Source of the DNA: Ramazzottius varieornatus
Taxonomy: Eukaryota; Animalia; Tardigrada
Reading direction: 5' to 3'
DNA: 64,000 nucleotides
Assembly: GCA_001949185.1 (NCBI GenBank)
Contig: BDGG01000003.1
Location: forward strand, 314,679 to 378,678
The stretch's first letter is position 1. The number at the start of each line of letters is the position of its first letter. The translations under genes were made by a program, and so were the position numbers. This document shows, one piece after another, positions 39,495-50,346 of this stretch. The notes under the pieces were generated by a model. It saw only the letters and a program-made list of their open reading frames with translations. It did no database searches and was not told where the DNA came from.

Positions 39495-40857
39495 ATGTCT
39501 TCTTGCGACGCTCCTTCGATACTCTACAGAGGACAGATGCTTCCTAAACCAGCAGTTCAGCAAGTTCTTGTACAAAGTAGGATGGCAGAAAAGTGTACGG
39601 TTCAAGCCACGAAGAGGGAAGGATGGACTAAGCAAGCAGAAGAAAGCCTCCTCCAGTGGTTAGAAACACCTGGAAACTACGACAAGTTTCGGTCTGCTCC
39701 GCAAGACAAAGGAGATGGAAGGAAGAGAACTAGCTCCAACACCAGGATGGACATCACGCGGAAGATCGTGGAGCATCTTGCAAAGTCGGGTGCTGTAAAG
39801 ACGGAAAAACAAGTAACCACTAAAGTCCATAACCTTGTTGGGAAATGGAAAGAGGCTCATCTAGCCAAGACTGGGACTGGTTTCGGTGTCAATGGCGAAG
39901 GAACCAAAAACGGAAAAGCGCTACGGGGTAAGACGAACTTTCAATTTACGGAACTGTGAAAAAACATTTCATCTTGCTTTCAAATGAACGATTTGCTCAC
40001 TTTCGAGTTTTCGCTGGTGGTTAGACAGTTCTGATTGGTTGATTATTTCAAAGCGCTATAAGGTAAGATGAGGCTGTCAAAATACGAAAGTGTGTAAATA
40101 CGGTTTGTTTAAGCTTTTACCGAACGATTTGCTCACTTTCGTGTTTTCGGTGATGGCTCAGCAGCTTTGATTGGCTGATTATTGCAGAGACCATACTCGA
40201 CATTTGCAAGTACTGGGACCGTCTTGATCCTGTTTTCCGCGATCGTGCTGGGATGTCTGCACCTTTTACAGGTGATAACGAAGATGGCGTGGCGACCAAC
40301 GTTTTCACACTAGCCGTAACAGATAACACGGAAAAGACTATGGAATTTCCCGAAGGGACAGCCGAAGTTTCAGCAGAAGTACCGAAAGACAGACCGACTT
40401 CTCGCTACTCTGAATTAGAGGACCATCGGTCGGTTGCTGATAAGATGCTTGACGGTGATTATGTTCCATCAGACGACGAAGAAACTCTCACTGGATCACC
40501 TGGCTCAGCTTCAAAGAAACGTCCAAAAAAATTCAAGTCTTTGTGTGACGGCATGGATAAAAAGCCAAAAGAGAAAACAATGGATCTGGTAGGGATACTC
40601 GTGGCTAGCGGGAAAGAAAGGAATGAGCGTGCAGCGGCTAGGAACGAGGTCATGGAACGACGATTCACCCGAGAGTTGGACTTGAAAGAAAAAGAACTGA
40701 GACTGAACGAACAGCGACAGAAAGATGATCACGAGACGAAGATGGAAGAGCTCAGAATTTGACACCAAGAGATTGATCTACGCAAAGCCGAAATGGAATT
40801 CAAACGGACGGAGATGCTTCTAGAGTTGGAGAGATTGAAGCAGCAGCGTTTACAGTA
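39495..40857 (+). CDS. Harbinger Myb/SANT-like DNA-binding ORF (intron approx 39928-40187), premature TGA at 40760-40762
   Basis: WT..EESLLQWLETPGNY..V..KVHNL..KWKEA..TGFG; CKYWDRLDPVF; the coiled-coil tail continues in frame after the TGA to TAG 40857. Confidence 0.75.
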
Positions 40858-41116
40858 GTGGTTTCCACCATGAACACCAAGACACGAAAGTTAGGAAATT
40901 AGACTTCTTACTTTTTGCTAAACCAAAAAATCCAACTTTCTAATTCTAATCGCTATTGAGACTTGAAATCGAAGTGAACTGGACTGAATCGAATACGTTT
41001 TTCTGGAATAAACGAACTGTTGATATTTTCTTTCTTCCAGAGCATCGATCGTTGGAGAAACGTTCTCTGAATCATGAAATGATACGAAAAATTAGCTTTC
41101 ATGATTCCACTTAAAT

Positions 41117-42364
41117 TTACTGCCATCTTGAGACATATTGCTTGATTCTTTCTCGTTTGGTTGAACCTCGTTCAGTCGCTACCGCTTGTTGATTCGGGTT
41201 TGGAATCGGGCCGTCATCACCATCATCTTCCACTGTCCACTCTTCATCATATTCGTCGTCCAGAAGCATATTATGTAGCATGCAACACGTTCTGATCCAG
41301 TACACAGCGAATTCGTGATCTTTCTTATTCTTGATTCTTAGTCGCAAGGCTTTTAAACTTTGGAAACGGCCTTTGAGCATTCCAATAGTCTGTTCCACGA
41401 TAACCCTAGCCTGACTATGAGCTGTGTTGAAAGCCGTGTTCTCGTGACTGTTGGCCAGGGGTTTCTTGAACGTCGGGACTATGATATCCGATACGGGATA
41501 GGCGCTGTCAGCAAGCAGATATTCATGACCAGAAAAATATTTGAATGGATTCAGAGCTAGCTTCGAATACATGAACACTCTGTGATCATGAGAACAGCCT
41601 GGGAAACCAGCGAAAACATGACGGATGCGTTTCAGATCATCGCAGACGATCATGGCATTAATGGCATAGCTACCTTTCCGCGTGTAGTAATCTTCCCCAC
41701 ACATGGATGGAGCTTCCTGTAAACCAATTAGTGACCCGTCAACATATCCGAGGCAGTGGGGAAACCCTTGGTTTTTTTCGATACGAGCTTTGATGGTAGC
41801 TCGCTCGCTCGTGTTAGGCCAAGTAACGACAGTCTTTTCCAGCGAGAGTAACGCGTACATCACTCTTTCGGTGTAAAGGCTTACAGTGCCCTCTCCAATT
41901 CCCAAACGCGATCCAGCAGTCCATAAAGACGAAGCGGAATCGTCGAATCCAAACCGCGACAATGCTACCATAAGCTGATCAGGCACAGGAGCCTGTTCGT
42001 GATGACTCTTGTTCCTGAAGACAATGTGAGAGCCTATTTTGTCCACAACAGCGAAAAATGCTTGCCTGGTCATTCGGGCGTTTCTCTTGAAGGTCAGCTC
42101 ATCTGACTGGAATATCAGGTAGGCTAACTCTTTCGTTTTTGGTGAGTTCACTCGCGCGGAAAGGTAACGGCTTTGAGTGGCGAAATATCGAACGACAGCT
42201 ATCTTGATTTGTTCATCATCTTCCGAACTGCTGCCATCAGTTTCGCACAACATCTCATCCTCTTCGTCGCTACTAGAATCCAGAACATCATGAAGCACAA
42301 GATCTGTCAGAATTTTGACGTCGACTGACCGAACAAGTTCTTTACGGTTAACTAGACGAGGCAT
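41117..42364 (-). CDS. Harbinger (HARBI1-like, DDE_Tnp_4) transposase, intact 415 aa
   Basis: GYVDGS, YYTRKGSYAIN, GCSHD, LLADSAY, RVIVEQTIGMLKGRF, LHN. Confidence 0.93.
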   Translation of the reverse strand: MPRLVNRKELVRSVDVKILTDLVLHDVLDSSSDEEDEMLCETDGSSSEDDEQIKIAVVRYFATQSRYLSARVNSPKTKELAYLIFQSDELTFKRNARMTRQAFFAVVDKIGSHIVFRNKSHHEQAPVPDQLMVALSRFGFDDSASSLWTAGSRLGIGEGTVSLYTERVMYALLSLEKTVVTWPNTSERATIKARIEKNQGFPHCLGYVDGSLIGLQEAPSMCGEDYYTRKGSYAINAMIVCDDLKRIRHVFAGFPGCSHDHRVFMYSKLALNPFKYFSGHEYLLADSAYPVSDIIVPTFKKPLANSHENTAFNTAHSQARVIVEQTIGMLKGRFQSLKALRLRIKNKKDHEFAVYWIRTCCMLHNMLLDDEYDEEWTVEDDGDDGPIPNPNQQAVATERGSTKRERIKQYVSRWQ

Positions 42365-42821
42365 GGTCGAACTGCTAGTAAGTGAGCGAGAAACAGAAAA
42401 CTAAACTTTGTCACAGCTGGAAGTTCGAGATGCATTCTCGGTGACGTCACCTTGGAATCTACGTCATTGAATCGCTACCGTGATTTAGCCGTTATTTCGG
42501 CACTCAGAATTCAGGTCGTAAATTGGCTGTCTGATTGGTGGATTTCGCTAAATCAAGATCCAACTAAATAAGCCTGATTTAGATAAATCTGAATTCTGAG
42601 TAGGGCCACTGTTCTGTAATTCTGACGTCACCACCCTGATATCTGATAATCCTCCTGGTTGATTGTTGATTTGTTTTGACGTGAGCTATTAGTAACAACA
42701 TCTTACCAGTTGCCTTTCTCAGTTGAGCTAGTTCTCGTTTTCCGGACTCTAGTCCCATCACCTTCCGTCGAAAGCTAGGTGGATTATCCGGATCAAACAA
42801 AGCTAGTGCTTTTAGCCGAAC

Positions 42822-45800
42822 ATGGATTGCTTCCAGGACAAGAGCGCCGGCCACAAAGTGACGCATGTAGCGCTATCCATCAAGCAAGACTTGATCGCAT
42901 ACTCCACCGTCAGAGAGGTAGGACGTCTTTTTCTTCATCGCGAAGGCCCCCTTCTCCACATGGTTATTCGCTGCAGGTACTTGTGTACAACAACGACTGG
43001 ATGAAACTAGCGTCATACAAATCCCAATCGTTCCTGACCAACGAAACTGTCTGCAGGCTCGCCTGGCGTCCAGACGGCCGAGGTAAGAATATCGCACTGT
43101 TTCAGTGGCGCAGGTGGTCAAGTAAAACGCATGATTAGCTGCGCCGCTCGATAAAGGGTGCTTGACGTCGTGTACCTGCATACGCTGAGACGTTCCTTTA
43201 CTGTTCATTACTTGTATGCAAGTGGAGGGACAAATAGGTGCAATGGCTTGTAGCTTCCTTTCTTACTGTGGATTAATTTTACAGCTCTGGCCATCGGATA
43301 CTCAAGTGGGAAAGTCCTCGTTAAGAACGTCGAAACACATGAGACCATCGCGGAGCTGGACCTGGAAAGTAAGATCGACTTGCTGGACTGGGCGCCATCG
43401 TACTGGACGCAGGCGGATATGGACTACTTTACCTCCCAGCGGATATTCCAGGATAAAACAGAATCTTACATCCAAGAAGTCGAACTATCCAAATCATCGT
43501 AAGCTAGTTCCTCTCTCGGAGCTCAAGACCGCCCCTCAAACGTCTTTTATTGCAGGAATGTCGGAGGGGAATCGCAGTAAGACTGTTCGCACGAACCGGC
43601 GTACATAAATTCATCTCAATAATCTGGCAACGAAATCGCTCTCAATTATTTTTTTCCCCAGCAAGGATTCCATAAAGTCATCTTCGGCGATGCAGATGAA
43701 AAACCAAAGAACGTGAGCCTTGTCAAACATCGAGCTGGAAAATCGTTTTGTATTTTATCCGGGGTTATTCACAATTTTCTCTGGTTTAGATTGAGCATCC
43801 TTTCCGTGGTGACCGAATCGCATTCCTTACACCTTTACGCCTTCGGCTTTCTCCCTTTAGCTTTTATCGACCTCAGCGAAGCGGTTGACTTTCAGGTACT
43901 ATCTGCGAAATGAACTCTTTCACTCAACTACAAGAAAACTCTTACGAATGAACTTTTTCTAGATTGATCGAATTCAGCAGTTTTACTTGTCCAGAGACTT
44001 CTCTTCCCTCCTCATTATTCTCAAAGACACTACCAACTCTCTCCACACCCTCACCTACAACACGTCCATCATCCAACACCACTTCGAAGAACTCGAGTTC
44101 CTGGCGAAGCACTACGATCTGCTGTGGTCCTACAGAAAGATCATCGAAGTGGCCTTCAAGCGTCTGTCCGAGAAGAAGGATGAAAGCCGACAAGAGATGG
44201 AGAGCGAAATCCAGAAGGTGCTCGATCTGTTCCTGCCAGACTACAACGCGGCAGTTGCTGTCAGGCCGGAGCTGGCCAAGAGCGAGCAGCCGAAACACTT
44301 CCTGTTGGCTGCGCTGACCGAACAGCTCTTCATGGGGACCCTCCATCCAGCGCTGGAACATTTCTTCGATCACGCAGTGTCCCCACAGACACTAATCAAG
44401 TACCAGACGGGCATTGAGGGCATGCTAAAGACGTTTAGACGGGATACGATGCTTCCTTTTCGGCAGTAAGACATCGTGTATCTAATCAAGTGGGGCACGC
44501 TTTCAGACAGTAATACCAAAGTCGTGCGCCATTTGGACAGACGATCCTGTCGAGGTTTTGCTCGTCGAGCTACCAATTCATTCTTGTAATTTTGTAAATC
44601 ATCAACAGTACTTTCCTAGAGGTAAAATTTTTGTTGCAGGGCCTTAGAGTCTTGTATGGTATCGCTTGTCCTTCTCAACCGCTGGGTGGCGAACGAAAAG
44701 AACTTCAAGCCGATCGGTGCGATGCGCGAAGCCTTCGAGAAAGCCCGGCAAGACTGCTCGTCCTTCTTCCTAAAAATGTTTGAAGTACAATACGTATGTT
44801 CCGACAACCACCTCGCATGGAACGCTTTATTCGTCCCACGATTGTCTTTTCGAGTAGTCTTTTAGTTTTTGTGTAGGTTGCGGAGAAAGAGGCAAAGCGT
44901 TGTCTGACCACCGTCTCGTGGTTGATCAACCAAATGGAAACGCTGAACCCTCCTGACCAAGGCGCCACCAGTCGTAGTTTCTCCGAACGGGACCTTGATT
45001 CGGTCATCTCCGTCTTCCAAGACCTTTTCGGACGGGACGACGAAGAACAGAGTACCGAAGACGGAGTTTCGCAGTGGAGGATGTACGGGTTCGGGGTGGA
45101 CGACTACTTCCTGGACCAAGACTTGCGGTACCCGCTCGATCCTCATCAAAGTGACTTCCAACCGTATTACGACACGCTAACGAACAACATCGAGTGCGTT
45201 TGAGTAGGTCCAACTAGAACTTATGGACAAAATCTCGTTAAAAGCTCCCACCCGTTTTTTCCAAGGTTCCTCATCCACCTGCATACAAAGTAAGGGGTAA
45301 ATACATAGTGTTCGTGTATGCAGGTCCGTGTAACCGTCAGTTTTGACGTTAGCAATCAATTTTCTGTAATCTTCCACCCAACTCGCATACAGTAACTCGC
45401 GCCAACAGTAGTTCATATTATATAGCGGTAAGTGCGAGGCCATAATCTCTGCCTTCCGATGGTAGAGTTTCTGTAGACTGTGGAGAACGTCGTCGACCTG
45501 CATACTTACAATCGTGTAGTTTTCACCTAGCTTCTGTATGTAGGTGTGTGAAAGAGGTCCTTTTTTAGTTTCAGACCTTGGTTTTCGGTCTGCATAATGC
45601 GATTAAATCTTACATAATTTAGTTTTGTCTTTTCACAGGCAGGATGAAGAAAGAGGTTTTATTCAAGGTCCCTTCCTCGGCGACCTCGCCTCCATCCCCT
45701 TTCACCCACCCCGCCGCGCCCTCTTCGCTTACCATCGGACCAAAACAGCCAAGCAGGAATTGACAGCCTTCAACCATTCCTTAGAGCTAGCCTTCTCTAA

Positions 45801-46704
45801 CATAGCTACGGTTATTTCACAAGACATCTTGCTAGTCAGGAAGACTAAGCTGGACCGACAGGACGGCAGTGACTGGGTATCCATGCAGCCATGCCGTGCC
45901 GAGCCAGCCGGAAAGCGACCGGAAGTGGAGAACGCCGTGCAGATTTGCTGGAGTGTAGGCAATCCAGCGAAGACCCTCGTGGTGGAAAGGCTTATGATGA
46001 ATGAGCGCGATGGAGAAGGTGATCTTACTGTAAAAATCGACGTGGAAAAATTCACGATGAAGAATACTGGGTAAGAACAATTCTTCCTAAAAGAATATTC
46101 GATTATAAATCCAAACGTTCTTCTCGTTTGATTAGTCTGACTTTTTGCTCTGTTTCCAGGTTGAAGAGTTCGGAAATCGTTTATTTCCAGCAAGCTGGTG
46201 CAGTCAATGTGATTTTCCTGAGAAACAGTTCGACGTCCCAGACGCAGCAAGGTGGTGAAAACGTGACGATGGCGTACTGGACGGCCGATGAACTATTCAG
46301 TGGGGACGAACATGCCATCGGACCAACGGATGAAATGTACGTGTACTGAAACATAAAATTTTCAGATTTTGTTCGATACGAGAATTCCAACAACAAACTG
46401 TTTGTTACTGATTTTGCAGTGAACTGAATGAGCAATTGACAGGAGCCAACCTGCAGCCGAATATTTTAGTAACGACGCACCTAGGCTCGATGATGGCCCT
46501 GGTAAGTGTTGCAGCTCGGTAAATTTTGAATCTCTTCGGACTGGAAGTCATGAGTTGGGAGTTTGGCTTTTGCTGTAGGTTACTGGGGAGAGTCGCTTGA
46601 GGTTGTTTAGGTTCGCAGCGAATACGAAGCATAAGTCGGTTCTGGACGATACCGACAAGATCGCCGAAGAACTTCGTTTAGATCTCAATGCCTTACCTGC
46701 TTGA
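42822..46704 (+). CDS. ANAPC4: Anaphase-promoting complex subunit 4, multi-exon
   Basis: N-terminal WD40 DLIAY..VCRLAWRPDGR|ALAIGYSSGKV; RLSILSV..LHLYAFG; LFMGTLHPALEHF in the helical domain; predicted last exon ends ..LNALPA* at 46704. Confidence 0.8.
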
Positions 46705-47771
46705 AGCTGGAAAGTTTGCAATGGGTCTTTCGGTATCAGAACGTAGGTTGAAGAATCTGACATACTGAAGCCATCCGGCTACTGTACGTTTAAAGGATCT
46801 TTTCGAGGTAACCCATGAATTGCGACAAGAAGGTACTTTTTCATGGGGATTTTCGTGGAACATACCCCAAGGCAGTACGTAACAGCTACAGTCCTAAGTT
46901 ACACATACTGTTATCCTTTGATTTCTGTGACCGCAACTGCGGGATATCCAACCGACCGACTTTTTTCAGAGTTTCTCCTCCGTCTTATGTGTTATCAGAG
47001 AGGGGCATGACGGAAACTTTTTTCCGAATATCAGCACCGTTAATTTTTAGTAAAATTTCTTTTCTGATGTTGTGGAGTATGGATGATTTGCCCTTATCAT
47101 TAAGCAAAGTTAGAAGAAGAACCTGGCTTTGTAAACGTCAATTGAATACTTTTATACGTGTCCACAGGAACGTCTGCACATTTCCCGCAGGTCTTCAAAT
47201 GTTGTAGAGTGTTCAAGGTGAACACAAGATGTACAGTTTGTCTCGTCGTTGGTTTTCATTTATTGATATCTAACCATTACCCTAATGTTCCAAACCATGG
47301 AGTTTATGCTCTCTCTTCCAGATGAAACGTACACCTATTCAATATTGTATGGGTTGCAAACTCTACAAACTTCTTCTAGTTAGGTTTTTTGTTCGAATGG
47401 AGTCTTAACTTCGAACACCCAAACCGCTAATCAATTCTTTTGGAATCCCCTACTTGTTAAAACCGATTACACGAAACCTTCAATAAGGTTCTCTCCCTTG
47501 TTTTTCTTCATCCGAGAGAAGCTGCGAGCCGAAGATGGAGCGAACAGCTTCCTCTTAAGTTATTTTACCTGGCACTGTTATCAAACTACCAGAAAGCATC
47601 GCCGATATCGGCTACCAAAAGTTTCAAAAAAGCTTGTCGCAAGTAGGGCATTGTTTTCGAAAAGACGAATGCTTTGACAATACAAACCAAAGCCAGATCA
47701 GAGAAGGTAGGAGGAAGAGATATAGAGTTTGTTTCGTAATGTCCGCACACGTGGAGTTGCTCATTGCATGC

Positions 47772-47942
47772 CAGAGCTGCGGAGCTATTTAGCTCGTTTC
47801 AGCTCGCGAGCTAAATCTGCCTTTTTTCTACGAAAACGCAAAATAGGGTTGTGGAGCGCACAAACCTGGACGAGCTTTTTGTAAAAACCTCGTAGAAGAA
47901 AGGCGAAATGAGCTGAACGAGCTAAATAGCTCCGCAGGACTG
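47772..47942. mobile_element. hAT-type MITE (171 bp)
   Basis: TIR CAGAGCTGCGGAGCTATTTAGCTCG with 2 mismatches; 8-bp TSD TTGCATGC / TTGCATAC. Confidence 0.8.
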
Positions 47943-48944
47943 TTGCATACTACGGTAAACGGTTGTCACGTGTATTTGCCAGAACTGCCAGTACTGGTCC
48001 GAACTTTTGACTTCACTGAAAAAATGACCAGGCTGGAGAAACGTAAGACAGTACTGTATGCTCTCGCGAAACTCACGTACGTCACTGACTCTCAAATCAT
48101 TGGGGTCTTACCGTCTAGTTTTACAGTCTGAATGGAGTGACGTACGTGAATTTCGGGAGAGCATACAGTACTGTACCCCCGACGGTAAGCCGCTGATCAA
48201 AGCACTGGGTGGTGCAATCGATAATTATGTGGTGACCGTCGGTAAGTGGAACCGCGGCCATGACCCAGCCTCAAGCAGTTGTGACACATCGTTTCCTCTG
48301 TAATTCGGGTTGTCCCGACTTATAACGGCATGCGTGGCCACAGAGGATTCTTTACGCACCAACGACGCAGACATGATATTTTAATCGGAAAATTAATGAT
48401 CAAAGAGAGAATTACCCATTGATATCCAATTCAAGGCTGGGGGGCAAAGCAAAAATTGTGTATCGCCCATGTGTGGCGGAACTGAAATTATAAACCACGC
48501 GAGTCAGACGAGTGTTGCACTCGGTGTCGCGTTTTCAGGGGGTTTTCGGAAACAATTCGAAACATCCGGCAGGTGTGTGTCGGCGGGTATAACCTTATAT
48601 GGAAGTGATGGAAAGGAAGAGCATTGATGACAGTGGGGTGCAAATGGATCAAGGTTTACTGTAGATGTTGCGCCTGAGTTCCATCACCCAAATTCTACCT
48701 ATTGATCATTAAGAAGGAATATGAGGTCAGGATCAATAAAATAGAGCAAGTGTTCGTGGGGGAGGATATCTGTTGGCGAAAGCAAAGTTACGGTGCCTCT
48801 CAGAGTTGAAGCATAAGTAGAGACTTTGCTGGCTGCAGCTTTCTCCCTATATCGCTCCGAACGAAAAAGATCTCTGGAAACTAGCGTTCAGTAGTAAGTT
48901 CGTCAAGAAAGGAAAAAGTTATCTTTTAGTCCGTGAGAAAGGTA

Positions 48945-49258
48945 CGAGGTAAAACGTGTAAAGTTAGCCGGCCTGTACCGGACTTGTGAAGTTAGCCACC
49001 GCTGTGTCACACGGTGCTTCATTGGTCAGTTGATTGTCGGTCCAGGCTTTTTAACATGGGGTTCTCTCGTTTTGGAATTGATATCCTAGATTCTGTGAAT
49101 CTTCACGTTGATTGCGACTAGTACCATTCAACAGCGCGTTGTATTTTCTATCAACTTGTCCATAAACATTTGGGAATAAGTGCGAATGAACTGGCAAGTT
49201 TGGATGACTAACTTTGCAAGTCCGGTATAGGCCGGCTAACTTTACACGTTTTACCTCG
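48945..49258. mobile_element. Mariner-like MITE with about 55-bp TIRs
   Basis: TA-CGAGGTAAAACGTGTAAAGTTAGCCGGCC ... GGCCGGCTAACTTTACACGTTTTACCTCG-TA. Confidence 0.8.
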
Positions 49259-49421
49259 TACCATGAAATTCGGTTAAGATTTGTCAGGCTCATCGTGCAC
49301 CATGCCGGCTAGGGGTATCAACGCTAATTACTCCGTTTTTATCCACCAGGCCTCCTTGCAGTAACGAGACAGGACGACAGACGTTGGAGGAATATGCGCA
49401 AATTGCCAAGTCAGACCGTGG

Positions 49422-50215
49422 GTGCAACCGAGATCGCAAGTTTTAGTGCTTGGCTCGAATGCTTTCAGTTGTTTGTTATCTACCGTGGACTGGTACCACC
49501 CCGCCTTGCTTTTACCCTTATCTTCATACGGTTGTATCATCCGTGGTTTGTTCGCCAAATACGAGTTTAAAGTCATCTACGACTACGATATCCGTTTCCG
49601 CGAACGTATGGATGACCACGACACCCGCCACCAGCAGTGGTACCGCATCAATCCCATACTTTTGGCCGACGTCATGCCTGCGCCTACCCACACAACTTCC
49701 CCCTACCCAACCACTTCTAATAGTCAGCGCCTCCCTTCCCGTCCGTTGTCCGATGTACTCTGTTATAGATGTGGCAAGTACGGTCATTACGCGACTGACT
49801 GCAAGTCTTCTGCCCGTCCTGAACTAGCCGCTCAGAAAGTCCTATCGTCACCAGCTAGTACCTCAGCGAACCCTCCGCCTAATGTCAAAAAGCCTTTGAA
49901 GCCCTTTCCCACAACCCACTTTGAAATCTGCAGGGACTTCAATGCGGGCCGTTGCAAAAGCCCCTGTCCCCACAACGCCATGCACCTCTGCCTCCAGTGC
50001 TGGAACGACTCTCACCCTGTTACCGAATGTCCAGATCTCGAAAATACCCCAGTCGCCAACAAGTCCACTTAAACCGTGTCAGTTCTCGATCGAACTCAAA
50101 GATCATCCAGACCAGAGTTTCATACACCAGTTCTTACATAGTCTTCGTGATAATTTTAAGATCGGTTACCAGGGCCCTAACCAGCAACGTAGTACACCGG
50201 ATGCTGCGACAACTA
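49422..50215 (+). mobile_element. Truncated DIRS/Ngaro retroelement fragment (gag plus start of the overlapping RT ORF)
   Basis: YDIRFR; CCHC knuckle CYRCGKYGHYATDC; CRDFNAGRC..H.C..C; overlapping frame ELKDHPD..FKIGYQGP parallels the minus-strand element. Confidence 0.8.
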
Positions 50216-50346
50216 GAGCCCGTATGAATATGTATATGTACAGCCAACTGGCTCGTATGAGTATGTATATGTACAGCTAGCTGGTAGGTATGTATATGTT
50301 TATGTTTATGTTTACGTACAGCCAGCTGGCTCGTATGTATATGTGT
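50216..50346. repeat. About 33-bp minisatellite (cagccagctggctcgtatgtatatgta...), left part
   Basis: Tandem degenerate units; the same unit recurs at 56485-56600. Confidence 0.8.

Larger units (their letters stand above)
39164..42607. mobile_element. PIF/Harbinger DNA transposon, full length (3444 bp)
   Basis: TIR GGCCCTACTCAGAATTCAGATTTA at both ends; 3-bp TSD ACT; two convergent ORFs. Confidence 0.92.

Noticed and set aside
40760-40762. In-frame TGA as selenocysteine or programmed readthrough
   Set aside because: Lies in a transposon coiled coil; most simply a CGA>TGA mutation; no SECIS recognised
2905-44535. Intronic palindromes as introners (intron-creating elements)
   Set aside because: Element ends do not coincide with splice sites; they sit inside the introns
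46815-48900. Short ORFs downstream of ANAPC4
   Set aside because: No recognisable domain or consistent splice model; probably decayed sequence
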